Assembly: GCA_051745145.1 (NCBI GenBank)
Contig: JBNJDT010000005.1
Span: forward strand, 1,096 to 65,095
Direction of reading: 5' to 3'
DNA: 64,000 nucleotides
Source: Elusimicrobiota bacterium
GTDB lineage: Bacteria > CG03 > SLGR01 > JAGXOG01
This document shows positions 10,564 through 19,561 of the stretch, piece by piece. Each line of letters begins with the position of its first letter. The first letter of the stretch is position 1. The translations under genes were made by a program, and so were the position numbers. The notes beneath the pieces are model-generated. The model was not told where the DNA came from. It worked only from the letters and a program-made list of their open reading frames with translations, and did not search any database.

Positions 10564-12886
10564 AAAAGTAATAAACATTAAGTTATTTTATAAATTTCTC
10601 ATTATTCTGCTGCTCCTTTCCGTAGTGCCAGTAGTTATAGTGGGGTTGAGATTAATAGAAATTAATAGAAGAGGACTGCAGGATGTAATCCTTGAGCTTC
10701 ACACCGAACAGGCTACTTCAATTTCTGATAATGTAGATTCCTATGTAAAAAATTTACAGGAAAGGATAAGATTTATCATAGCCTCACACGGGGAACCGCC
10801 TATAAATTGGACCCTTACCCGTAGAATGCTGAGATCTATGATATCCTCCAGCGAGGAAATTCTGACCGTGAGTACGGTGAATTCTGATGGAAGAGAATTA
10901 ACTAAAGTTTTTCATCCCGATCTTGAAGGAAAAGTAAAACTTGTAAATAGAGCCCAGGATTCCACTTTTAACTCTGCCAAGGAAAGCGGGGAATTCGAAG
11001 TCAGTAAAGTTTATTATAAAGATGGGACCCCCCGAATAAATTCCGTATATCCGTTTACCGACAATATGTATCTGTATATTGAGTCTTCTCTTATGGAGTT
11101 ACTTGAAGAAGTCAAAAATACAACGATAGGGCAGACCGGGTATGCTTATATTGTAGATAAAAACGGAAAAATAGTTATGCATCCGGATTCGAATATGCTG
11201 GAAAAGTCCATTTCCGACAGACCCATTGTTCAGGAAGTTCTTTCGAGAAAATTAATCGGAAGTAAAGAGTATACAACTGAAGATAATAAGGAAATGGTGG
11301 GATCTTATGCTCCTATTCCTGCTTTTGAATGGGGGGTTATTGTCGAGCAGGATAAAGAAGAGGCTTATCTGTCAGTTTCAAGAATGCGCAACAATGCTTT
11401 AGTTTTATTGATTATTGTAATATTTATAGCTGGCGTTGCCGGTTATTTTTTGGCTCAGAATTTATCAAAACCGATTTTAAAACTTACAGAAGCATCCCGA
11501 AGTATAGCGTCTGGCAATTTTGAAGTCACATCTTTATCCAAGTGGCTTAAAAAAGTAAAAGTTAAAGATGAATTAGTTGAGCTGGCATCTACTTTTATAG
11601 TTATGACCCAGCAGTTAAAAAGATATAATGATATGCAGGCTGAAAAGTTAGATGCTATTCTTTTTTCCATAATGGATGGAATAATAATGACAGATTCTTC
11701 AGGTGAAATTCAGCTTACCAACCCCCGGACAAAAAAATTGCTTGATATCGATTTAGAACAGAATTTAGAAGGAATGGATATTAAAAATGTAATAGAACGT
11801 CCGGAAATTGCAGAAAGTTTAGAGGAAGTGGAAGACGAGGAGAAAGAACATATAGTTAAAGAAATGGATTTATCTGAAGGAGAAGATTTGAAATTTTTAC
11901 GGACTGACACTTCAATTGTGGTTCACTCGGATTCCGGTACCCGTATGGGTCTGGTTATGGTAATAAGGGATATAACTTTAGAGAAAGAATTAGAACAGTT
12001 AAAAGACGACTTCATACATTCTATAACTCATGATTTAAGGAGCCCTATGACTTCCATCAGGGGATTTTTGGAATTTTTACTTGATGAAACTGCCGGTGAA
12101 ATAAACGATCAGCAGAGAGAATTTTTAGAAATTATAGATAATTCTTCCCAGCGACTTTTAAATATGATAAATAATATTTTGGATATTGCCAAAATGGAAA
12201 CGGGAACTATGCCCATGGATGTCAGTTCAGTAAATGTTAGTGAGATAGTGGATGATGTAATAAAATCATTATCTTCACAGTCAAAAAAAGACAAGGTAGA
12301 GTTAAAAAAGAAAGAATTAAATGAAATTCCGAAGCAGCTAATTGCGGATGAGGGACTGCTTCAAAGAGCTATAATTAATCTGGTCAGCAATTCCCTAAAA
12401 TTTACTCCTGAAGGCGGGTCAGTTACAGTAAAACTGGAAGATATGGAAGAATATTTAAAAGTATCTGTCGAAGATACAGGCGAAGGAATGCCCGAAGAGT
12501 ACGTGGATAAGATATTTGATCGTTTTGAACAGGTAAAAGGCAGCGAAGGCAAACGCAAAGGAACCGGATTGGGACTTACCATAACAAAATATATTATTGA
12601 AGCTCACGAAGGAGAAATTTGGGCAGAGTCGGAACTGGGCGTGGGCTCGGAATTTATATTTAAGATATCTAAAAATCTGGAAGAAGAAAGTGAGGAAGAA
12701 GAATCAACCGGTGATGAGGAAGAAACTCAGGGGAAATTACCGGAAGATTCTGGATCCGGCAGCAAGGAAAAAAGCGAAAAAGATAGTTCCGGAGAAATTG
12801 AAGAAAAACCTCAAGAAGAACATTCCGAAAATAATAGTAAAACAGATTCTCCCGATAACAAAGAAGAAAATAAAAACTCAGATTAA
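10550..12886 (+). CDS. Sensor histidine kinase: 2 TM segments, periplasmic Cache-like domain, HAMP, PAS, HisKA, HATPase, and an acidic low-complexity tail
   Basis: TM segments near residues 12-35 and 290-312. PAS-like MDGIIMTDSSGEIQL. H-box ITHDLRSPMTSIRGF. G-boxes GTGLGLTITK and GVGSEFIF. 80-aa E/D/S-rich C-terminus. No response regulator nearby. Confidence 0.85.
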   Translation: MSWLKKVINIKLFYKFLIILLLLSVVPVVIVGLRLIEINRRGLQDVILELHTEQATSISDNVDSYVKNLQERIRFIIASHGEPPINWTLTRRMLRSMISSSEEILTVSTVNSDGRELTKVFHPDLEGKVKLVNRAQDSTFNSAKESGEFEVSKVYYKDGTPRINSVYPFTDNMYLYIESSLMELLEEVKNTTIGQTGYAYIVDKNGKIVMHPDSNMLEKSISDRPIVQEVLSRKLIGSKEYTTEDNKEMVGSYAPIPAFEWGVIVEQDKEEAYLSVSRMRNNALVLLIIVIFIAGVAGYFLAQNLSKPILKLTEASRSIASGNFEVTSLSKWLKKVKVKDELVELASTFIVMTQQLKRYNDMQAEKLDAILFSIMDGIIMTDSSGEIQLTNPRTKKLLDIDLEQNLEGMDIKNVIERPEIAESLEEVEDEEKEHIVKEMDLSEGEDLKFLRTDTSIVVHSDSGTRMGLVMVIRDITLEKELEQLKDDFIHSITHDLRSPMTSIRGFLEFLLDETAGEINDQQREFLEIIDNSSQRLLNMINNILDIAKMETGTMPMDVSSVNVSEIVDDVIKSLSSQSKKDKVELKKKELNEIPKQLIADEGLLQRAIINLVSNSLKFTPEGGSVTVKLEDMEEYLKVSVEDTGEGMPEEYVDKIFDRFEQVKGSEGKRKGTGLGLTITKYIIEAHEGEIWAESELGVGSEFIFKISKNLEEESEEEESTGDEEETQGKLPEDSGSGSKEKSEKDSSGEIEEKPQEEHSENNSKTDSPDNKEENKNSD

Positions 12887-12931
12887 AAATTTTTAAAGAT
12901 TTTAGATATGCTGATTAATTCCTGCCTGTAT

Positions 12932-13867
12932 CTATTTTTGAAGTATCTTTTTAAAGTAAGCGATAGTATTTTTTAATCCCTCATCAAGAGGAGTAGTTGG
13001 ATGCCAGTCCAGGATCTCTTGGGCTATAGTTATATCCGGCTGTCGGACCTGGGGATCGTTTTTAGGCAGTTTTTCATTAGTGATAGAACTGTTTGAACCG
13101 GTTATCCGGAGAACTATTTGGGCAAATTTATTTATAGTCATCTCTTTCGGATTCCCGATATTTACCGGTTTGTTATAGTCTGCCTGCATAAGTTTATAGA
13201 TCCCCCGGACAGTATCTTTTACGTAGCAGAAGCTTCTGGTCTGAGTTCCGTCTCCGTATACGGTAAGGGCATCTCCCTGCAGGGCCTGGCTTAAAAAATT
13301 AGGTACCACCCGTCCGTCACCGATTTTCATTCTGGGGCCGTAAGAATTGAATATCCGGGCTATCCGGGTATCCAGCCCGTGAGATCGGTGATAAGCCATG
13401 GTTATTGCTTCCCCAAATCTTTTGGCCTCATCATATACCCCCCTGGGTCCTACGGTATTTACGTGCCCCCAATAATCTTCTTTCTGGGGATGTTCCTGAG
13501 GATCCCCGTAAACTTCAGAAGATGAAGCTAAAAGGTATCTGGCTCCTTTTTCTTTAGCCAGTCCCAGGGTCTTGTGAGCTCCTAGAGATCCCACTTTTAA
13601 GGTTTTAATGGGAAGTTTTAAGTAGTCAACCGGTGATGCCGGACATGCAAAATGCAGTACCCAGTCAATATCTCCAGGCAGGTAGATATAATTAGTGACA
13701 TCGTGTTCGATGAACTTAAATTTTTTTTCCATGGCCAGATGGGAAATATTATCAGTATTACCGGTTATTAGGTTATCCATACCTATAACCCGGTGACCTT
13801 TTTCAAGCAGGTAATCGGCCAGATGGGAACCTAAGAACCCGGATACGCCGGTTACTACTATGTTCAT
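12932..13867 (-). CDS. uxs: UDP-glucuronate decarboxylase (UDP-xylose synthase)
   Basis: Strong similarity to UXS across its full length: [11 protein letters not shown] Rossmann motif, [36 protein letters not shown], and the [13 protein letters not shown] catalytic region. Confidence 0.88.
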   Translation of the reverse strand: MNIVVTGVSGFLGSHLADYLLEKGHRVIGMDNLITGNTDNISHLAMEKKFKFIEHDVTNYIYLPGDIDWVLHFACPASPVDYLKLPIKTLKVGSLGAHKTLGLAKEKGARYLLASSSEVYGDPQEHPQKEDYWGHVNTVGPRGVYDEAKRFGEAITMAYHRSHGLDTRIARIFNSYGPRMKIGDGRVVPNFLSQALQGDALTVYGDGTQTRSFCYVKDTVRGIYKLMQADYNKPVNIGNPKEMTINKFAQIVLRITGSNSSITNEKLPKNDPQVRQPDITIAQEILDWHPTTPLDEGLKNTIAYFKKILQK

Positions 13868-15165
13868 CTTCCCACCCCTGAATACCGGATACCTTTTTTA
13901 TGCATTAGATCCGGATCAAAAATATTTCTACCGTCAACAATAGTCGGCGGGTCAATAAGTTTGTCTTTTATCTTTTCTATATTCATATTTTTTATTTCAT
14001 CCCACCCGGTGAGAATAAGCAAAAGTTCACAGTCCTGTGCCGTTTCGTAAATATTATCACAGTAGTTAACTGCTCCGGGCAGTATTCTCTGGGCATTCTT
14101 CACTGCCTGTGGGTCATAAGCATTTACAGATGCATTTTCTCTGACGAGTTGCTTTATAATATCAATTGAGGGCGCATTGCGCATATCGTCTGTTTCAGGT
14201 TTAAAAGCTAGCCCCAGAACTCCTACTTTTTTGTTACTTAAATTCCAGAGATTTTCTCTGATTTTTTCCATAATAAGTGCTTTCTGGTTTTCATTTATTT
14301 TTTGTACTTCCTTTAGCATATTAAAATCATAACCCAGATTTTCAGATATTCTTATGAAAGCGGATAGATCTTTTGGGAAGCAGCTTCCCCCAAACCCTAC
14401 ACCGGCTTCCAAAAACTGATTTCCAATTCTCTTATCTAGTCCCATTCCCCGGGCGACTTCTTTGACATCGGCGTTTGTTTTTTCGCAGATATTGGCTACA
14501 GCGTTAATGTATGATATTTTCATTGCCAGAAATGAGTTAGAAGCATGTTTTATAAGTTCAGCGCTTGCAATATTGGTAGTTAAAATATCTGTTTTTTCAG
14601 CTAACGGTTCATAGAGTTTAAGCATTTTTTCTTTTGCCTTTTGACTTTCAATTCCGATTACTATCCTATCCGGGTTTAAGAAATCGTCTACCGCTTTACC
14701 TTCTCTTAGGAATTCCGGATTGGAGGCTACATCGTATTCCACTCCTTCGCCGGCATATTTTTCTATAGTTCTTTTTATCCATTTCCCTGTTTCTACCGGC
14801 ACAGTACTTTTAGATACAATAATCCGGTAATCGGTCATATATTCGGCAATTTCTCGAGAAACGTCTTCCACATAACACAGATTTGCCGAGCCGTCCGGCA
14901 ACGGTGGAGTGTGAACGGCCACAAAAATTATTTCACTTGTATCAATGCCTTCTTCTATACTTGTACTAAAAGAAAGCTTGTTTTTCTCTACATTTTTGCG
15001 AACCAGTTCTTCTAAACCCGGCTCGTATATCGGAATCTGATTGTTTTTTAAAGTTTTTATTTTTTTTGCATTATTGTCGATACATATTACCTGATGTCCC
15101 AATTCCGCCAGACAAGTTCCGGTAACTAATCCTACATACCCAGTTCCTACTATTGCTACTTTCAT
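13864..15165 (-). CDS. ugd: UDP-glucose 6-dehydrogenase
   Basis: N-terminal [24 protein letters not shown], catalytic Cys region [10 protein letters not shown], 433 aa. Overlaps uxs and queF. Confidence 0.9.
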   Translation of the reverse strand: MKVAIVGTGYVGLVTGTCLAELGHQVICIDNNAKKIKTLKNNQIPIYEPGLEELVRKNVEKNKLSFSTSIEEGIDTSEIIFVAVHTPPLPDGSANLCYVEDVSREIAEYMTDYRIIVSKSTVPVETGKWIKRTIEKYAGEGVEYDVASNPEFLREGKAVDDFLNPDRIVIGIESQKAKEKMLKLYEPLAEKTDILTTNIASAELIKHASNSFLAMKISYINAVANICEKTNADVKEVARGMGLDKRIGNQFLEAGVGFGGSCFPKDLSAFIRISENLGYDFNMLKEVQKINENQKALIMEKIRENLWNLSNKKVGVLGLAFKPETDDMRNAPSIDIIKQLVRENASVNAYDPQAVKNAQRILPGAVNYCDNIYETAQDCELLLILTGWDEIKNMNIEKIKDKLIDPPTIVDGRNIFDPDLMHKKGIRYSGVGR

Positions 15166-15590
15166 TTATTTTCACCTTTCTCTTTAATATATACGGTATC
15201 TACATTTATTGTAATCCCCCCCCGGGCTTTAAAATTTCCGGTTACTTCTACTTTTCGGGGATCACAGACCTCAGCTACATCTTCTTTTATCTTATTAATA
15301 ATTTCTTCCGCAAATCCCTTATAATTTCTATATGAAAACAGATATAATTTTAGAGATTTGCTTTCTATACATTTTTTTTCAGGAATATATTTAATAGTAA
15401 TCGCGGCAAAATCAGGCTGTTCGGTTACCGGACACAGGGAAGTGAATTCCTCAGTTTTAAATTCTATAGTATACGAGTTTTTGGGAGAAGGATTTTTAAA
15501 TGTCTCCAGCTGGGCCTCGGCAGGGTTTGCGGGATATTTAGTTTCTCCCCGGTTTAAAATATTTAAGTTCTCTTTATTTTTATTGTTCAT
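15162..15590 (-). CDS. queF: NADPH-dependent 7-cyano-7-deazaguanine reductase (unimodular type)
   Basis: QueF motifs: catalytic Cys region EFTSLCPVTEQPDFA and the E(S)KS-LKLYL preQ0-binding motif. 142 aa. Confidence 0.85.
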   Translation of the reverse strand: MNNKNKENLNILNRGETKYPANPAEAQLETFKNPSPKNSYTIEFKTEEFTSLCPVTEQPDFAAITIKYIPEKKCIESKSLKLYLFSYRNYKGFAEEIINKIKEDVAEVCDPRKVEVTGNFKARGGITINVDTVYIKEKGENK

Positions 15591-16233
15591 TGATTTTTTC
15601 TTCTCTAAAGCCTTTTTCTCTTATCTTACAACTGGGACATTTACCGCATGCAGATCCGTCTGGAAGCGGATTGTAGCAAGATGAAGTTAAATCCAGATTA
15701 ATTCCCAGTTGTTTGCCTTTAGATATAATCTTAGATTTTTTCATATTAAGAAGCGGAGCTTTTATTTTTATATTCGTAGAATCTCGTGTAGCTAAGTTAG
15801 CAGTTTGCTCGAAATTTTGTAAGAAATCTCTGCGACAATCCGGATAGCCGGAAAAATCTCTTACGTTGGCGCCTATAAAAATAGAATAGGCCTCTTCAAT
15901 TTCTGCCAGACTGACGGCTACGGATAAAAAAATGAGATTTCTTCCGGGCACGTAAGTAGAGGGAATCCCCGTAGTCTCTTCCTCTGGTATTTTCCAGTCA
16001 GTAGTTAAAGCGGAACCGCCGAATTTACTTAGATTTATTTTAAGTATTTTGTGTTTTTTGACATTTTGAGACCGGACTATTTGTTTAGCTGCTTTTATCT
16101 CGTAACTACTGCGTTGACCGTAATCTATGGTTAAGGCCATAACAGAGAAGCCATTTTTTTGAGCTATACCAAGACATACGGCAGAATCCAGCCCGCCGCT
16201 TAAAAGTACTATGCATTTTTTAGTATTATTCAT
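15580..16233 (-). CDS. queC: 7-cyano-7-deazaguanine synthase
   Basis: PP-loop LLSGGLDSAV and the C-terminal Zn-binding cysteine cluster (SSCYN...DGSACGKCPSC). Confidence 0.9.
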   Translation of the reverse strand: MNNTKKCIVLLSGGLDSAVCLGIAQKNGFSVMALTIDYGQRSSYEIKAAKQIVRSQNVKKHKILKINLSKFGGSALTTDWKIPEEETTGIPSTYVPGRNLIFLSVAVSLAEIEEAYSIFIGANVRDFSGYPDCRRDFLQNFEQTANLATRDSTNIKIKAPLLNMKKSKIISKGKQLGINLDLTSSCYNPLPDGSACGKCPSCKIREKGFREEKINEQ

Positions 16234-16853
16234 TTTAACTTGTAAATTCTGTGTATATTCGGTTGTATCCGACCTTGCTGAAAGTATTTTTTTAAAAGCC
16301 GGAGTAACTTCCGAAATCCTATGCCTTCTTTTACCGGAGAAAATAGAAATTCACCGACTTGAATATCTTTTATGTTTTTTATAAAGTCAACAGCCCAGAA
16401 AAAATCTTCTTTATTCTTAATTACAAATTTAATTTCATCTTTCTGTTTCAAAAAATTTAAATTTAATAAATTGTTTTTATCAGTCTCTTTAGAAGAAGGA
16501 GTTTTTAAATCCATCACTATTTTAACTTTTTCCGGGATATATTTTATTAACTTAGAACCGTTAGTTTCAAGAACTACGCGGTATTTTGCTTGTATTAAAT
16601 CTTTTAGTAATTCCAGACAGTTTTCCTGCAAAAGAGGTTCACCACCGGTTATTACTACCAGCGAGCAATTAAACTCATTAATTTTTTTTAAAATTTTACT
16701 GCGGGACATATTTTTTCCACCAGATCGGGCATAAGAAGTATCACACCACGTACAATTTAAATTACACCCACTTAACCTTACAAATACAGCGGGCTTACCC
16801 ACTAATGAAGTTTCTCCCTGGACAGAGTAAAATATTTCACTTATATTTAGCAC
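16230..16853 (-). CDS. queE: 7-carboxy-7-deazaguanine synthase (radical SAM)
   Basis: CNLNCTWCDT cluster-binding motif close to the N-terminus, 207 aa. Sits between queD and queC. Confidence 0.85.
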   Translation of the reverse strand: MLNISEIFYSVQGETSLVGKPAVFVRLSGCNLNCTWCDTSYARSGGKNMSRSKILKKINEFNCSLVVITGGEPLLQENCLELLKDLIQAKYRVVLETNGSKLIKYIPEKVKIVMDLKTPSSKETDKNNLLNLNFLKQKDEIKFVIKNKEDFFWAVDFIKNIKDIQVGEFLFSPVKEGIGFRKLLRLLKKYFQQGRIQPNIHRIYKLK

Positions 16854-16855
16854 AG

Positions 16856-17233
16856 TTAATTATCAGAAATTTCTTTGCTATATGTTGCACAGTAATTATC
16901 AGTTTCAAATACTTTTACGCTGGTAACAGGTACATTTTCAGCAGAAACTTTTTCAAAAATATATTTAGCAATATTTTCGGAACTGGGGTTATTCTCCCTG
17001 AAATATTCCAGCTTATTTAAATTTTTGTGATCCAGTTTTTCAAGAATGGCTTCAGTCATCTTTTTAAGTTTCCTGAAATCGAATGCCATACCATTTTTAT
17101 TTAAACTTTTAAACCCAGCGGTTACTTTGACTTTCCAGTTATGCCCGTGATTATTTTCGCAATTTCCGTTATAATTTCTCAGCCGGTGAGCGGCGGAGAA
17201 AAAAGTTTTTACAGTAATATAATACATTACCAC
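16856..17233 (-). CDS. queD: 6-carboxy-5,6,7,8-tetrahydropterin synthase
   Basis: 125 aa, with the FSAAHRL...HGHNW motif typical of the QueD/PTPS family. First gene of the minus-strand operon. Confidence 0.85.
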   Translation of the reverse strand: MVMYYITVKTFFSAAHRLRNYNGNCENNHGHNWKVKVTAGFKSLNKNGMAFDFRKLKKMTEAILEKLDHKNLNKLEYFRENNPSSENIAKYIFEKVSAENVPVTSVKVFETDNYCATYSKEISDN

Positions 17234-17310
17234 ATTCTATCAAATTACGGTTATTTTTCAACTTTGGATATTAAGGGTCTAATTAAGTGTTTAATACGGT
17301 ATTTAGTTGA

Positions 17311-17346
17311 CACTCCTTTTGAAGTTTGTTATTTTAAAAATCTATT
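17311..17346 (+). promoter_or_regulatory. Candidate sigma70-type promoter for the 17373 gene, in the divergent intergenic region shared with queD
   Basis: TTGACA, a 17-nt spacer, then TGtTATTTT (extended -10-like). AAGGAG Shine-Dalgarno at 17361-17366. Confidence 0.3.
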
Positions 17347-17372
17347 GACAGAACTCTATAAAAAGGAGACAA

Positions 17373-18122
17373 ATGAAAATTGTAAGGTTAATAGTTTTAT
17401 TTTTGCTTTTTACTGTAAGCGGGTTAATTAATCCGGTCTATTCTTCCATTAAAAGTATGGGAAGGGGCTATTTTATTTCCGGTTTTAATACAATTGATAT
17501 GGATGTTTTAAATAACGCTTTGGAATCTAATAATAAAGATTACCCTCAATTTTCAGATAATTTTGTTACAATTGGCGGTGCCGGATACGGGATGGAGAAA
17601 AGATTGATCCTGGGGGGAGAAGGTTTTGCCTTGACCGGCGAAGAAAAACAAAAAGTCCTAAATGGTAAAAGTTATACTACTTCTTTATCCGGTGGGTACG
17701 GTTTTTTTGATATAGGTTTTTTATTATATCCGTCAAAAAAGGTTAACATATATCCGATGATTGGAGTTGGAGGCGGAGGATTGAGTTTTAAAATTACCGG
17801 AGAGGAAACTGAATCTTTTAATAGTATTTTAAATGAACCTGGAAAGAGTGTGAACATGAAAACCGGTGGGTTTTTACTTAATATTTCGATAGCGGCTGAT
17901 TATTTAATTATTTTAGGAGAAGATAAACCGGGTGATTCAAAGCACAGCGGTCTGGCTTTGGGAGTACGTGGAGGATATATATATGATCCTTATCCTGGTG
18001 ATTGGACGGCTGATGATATTGCCGGGATAAAAGAAGGTCCAAATCTGGAAATAACAGGACCGTATATTCAGTTAATGTTGGGTGGAGGAACGGTTACAGA
18101 TACTAAAGATAATTATAATTAA
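17373..18122 (+). CDS. Secreted Gly-rich hypothetical protein (possible small outer-membrane beta-barrel)
   Basis: N-terminal signal peptide (MKIVRLIVLFLLFTVSGLINPVYS). Gly-rich, with alternating hydrophobic patterns and a C-terminal aromatic-rich stretch. Good Shine-Dalgarno. Confidence 0.5.
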   Translation: MKIVRLIVLFLLFTVSGLINPVYSSIKSMGRGYFISGFNTIDMDVLNNALESNNKDYPQFSDNFVTIGGAGYGMEKRLILGGEGFALTGEEKQKVLNGKSYTTSLSGGYGFFDIGFLLYPSKKVNIYPMIGVGGGGLSFKITGEETESFNSILNEPGKSVNMKTGGFLLNISIAADYLIILGEDKPGDSKHSGLALGVRGGYIYDPYPGDWTADDIAGIKEGPNLEITGPYIQLMLGGGTVTDTKDNYN

Positions 18123-18241
18123 ATAGTATATAATTTGAAAGTATATACTATTTTTAGTATTATTAAAAAGCTAACGTAAATTTTTGATTTTGTATTGACA
18201 AGTATAAAAAAATAATTAAAACTATATTTAGTGATTTGAGT

Positions 18242-18319
18242 GACCCCATAGTCTAGCTTGGTCCAGGACACTAGGTTTTCATCCTAGCAACAGGGGTTCA
18301 AATCCCCTTGGGGTCACCA
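18242..18319 (+). tRNA. tRNA-Glu (anticodon UUC), CCA encoded
   Basis: Cloverleaf read by eye: acceptor GACCCCA/TGGGGTC, D-arm GTCTAGCTTGGTCCAGGAC, anticodon stem-loop CTAGG-TTTTCAT-CCTAG, T-arm AGGGG-TTCAAAT-CCCCT, then A-CCA. Confidence 0.85.
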
Positions 18320-18414
18320 AATTTATTTTTTACAATAGAATCTTTCCTTAATTTTTATTACATAGATCAAATTATTTATTTAAATTGTTTTTGTAGACAC
18401 AAGAAGGGATTATT

Positions 18415-19404
18415 ATGGGTAAAATAAGAGCGCTGACTTTACTTTCAGGGGGCCTGGATTCACTGCTGGCCACGGTTCTAATAAAAAACCAGGGCGCAGA
18501 TTTAACCTGCCTCCATTTTTCCAATCCTTTTGAAAATAAAAATGCTTACCCCCTAAAACAGGCCAATAAGTTAAATATTCCTTACAGGGAAGTAGTTCTA
18601 GGAACTGAATTTCTGGATATGTTAAAAAACCCCCGTTTTGGGTACGGAAAGAATTTGAATCCCTGTATAGATTGTCGTATTCTGATGTTAAAAAAGGCAA
18701 AGAATATTCTTAGAATCGAGGACTACGATTGTATAGTAACCGGGGAAGTTAGTGGCCAAAGGCCTATGTCTCAGAAAAATAATACTATACAACTCATAGA
18801 AAGGGAGGCAGGATTAAAAGGTAAGATTTTAAGACCCCTTTCCGCTAAAAATTTTAAATCTACAATTGTTGAAAAGAAAGGAGATATTGATAGAGCAAAG
18901 TTGCTTAAAATATCCGGTCGATCTCGAAAAAGACAGTTAAGTTTGATTCAGGAATTTGGGTTTTCTGCCGATGATTATTCAACCCCTGCGGGTGGATGTA
19001 AACTTACTAATATTGGATATTCCAGGAAGGTAAGAGATTTAATGGAAAAAGAAAATAAGTTCACTTTAAGGAATATAGCTTTACTTAATTTGGGGCGCCA
19101 TTTTAGGACCTCTGAAAAATTTAAAATAATTGTTGGAAAAGATCAAGGTGAAAATTTGAAATTAGAGAAATTTTACCGATCTTCAGAAATTAAGATGGTG
19201 GCTAAAAATTATAAAGGACCGCTTTGTCTGGGTATGGGAAAGTTTTGTACCCATGATATAAAAATTATGGCTAAAATATGTGGAAGGTATTCAAATTACC
19301 CGGGGGCTGGAAAAATAAAATTTAATTATTATAATGGTAATATTAAAAGGGAAATTAAAACAGCTCCGTTTAGTAATGAAAAAATTGAAAACTATAGAAT
19401 TTAA
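18415..19404 (+). CDS. PP-loop ATP pyrophosphatase, similar to the ThiI catalytic domain (tRNA sulfurtransferase-like); lacks THUMP and rhodanese
   Basis: PP-loop LLSGGLDSLLA, a CxxC pair (NPCIDCR), a ThiI-like IVTGEVSGQ...ILRPL block and a downstream GGC. 329 aa. Flanked by tRNA genes. Confidence 0.55.
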   Translation: MGKIRALTLLSGGLDSLLATVLIKNQGADLTCLHFSNPFENKNAYPLKQANKLNIPYREVVLGTEFLDMLKNPRFGYGKNLNPCIDCRILMLKKAKNILRIEDYDCIVTGEVSGQRPMSQKNNTIQLIEREAGLKGKILRPLSAKNFKSTIVEKKGDIDRAKLLKISGRSRKRQLSLIQEFGFSADDYSTPAGGCKLTNIGYSRKVRDLMEKENKFTLRNIALLNLGRHFRTSEKFKIIVGKDQGENLKLEKFYRSSEIKMVAKNYKGPLCLGMGKFCTHDIKIMAKICGRYSNYPGAGKIKFNYYNGNIKREIKTAPFSNEKIENYRI

Positions 19405-19414
19405 TTAGGGCTTC

Positions 19415-19491
19415 GGGCGGATAGCTCAGCTGGCTAGAGCGCTGCCCTTACAAGGCAGAGGTCACAGGTTCAATCCCTGTTCCGCCCACCA
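19415..19491 (+). tRNA. tRNA-Val (anticodon UAC), CCA encoded
   Basis: Acceptor GGGCGGA/TCCGCCC, D-arm GCTCAGCTGGCTAGAGC, anticodon stem-loop CTGCC-CTTACAA-GGCAG, T-arm ACAGG-TTCAATC-CCTGT, then A-CCA. Confidence 0.85.
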
Positions 19492-19523
19492 TCCTACCGG
19501 AGGGCAAAAATTTTAATCCACTG

Positions 19524-19548
19524 TTATAATTATTACATATAATTATAA
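19524..19548. promoter_or_regulatory. AT-only 10-bp perfect inverted repeat (TTATAATTAT-TACAT-ATAATTATAA) upstream of bamA; includes TATAAT-like hexamers
   Basis: Palindrome visible in sequence 14 bp before the bamA start. Could be a promoter -10 region and/or an operator. Confidence 0.25.
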
Positions 19549-19561
19549 TATAAATATCTTT

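Noticed and set aside
12597-12896. 99-aa K-rich ORF in an alternative + frame over the histidine-kinase tail
   Set aside because: It is a frame-shifted reading of the GAA-rich acidic tail region. It is fully contained in the kinase gene and has no independent start context.
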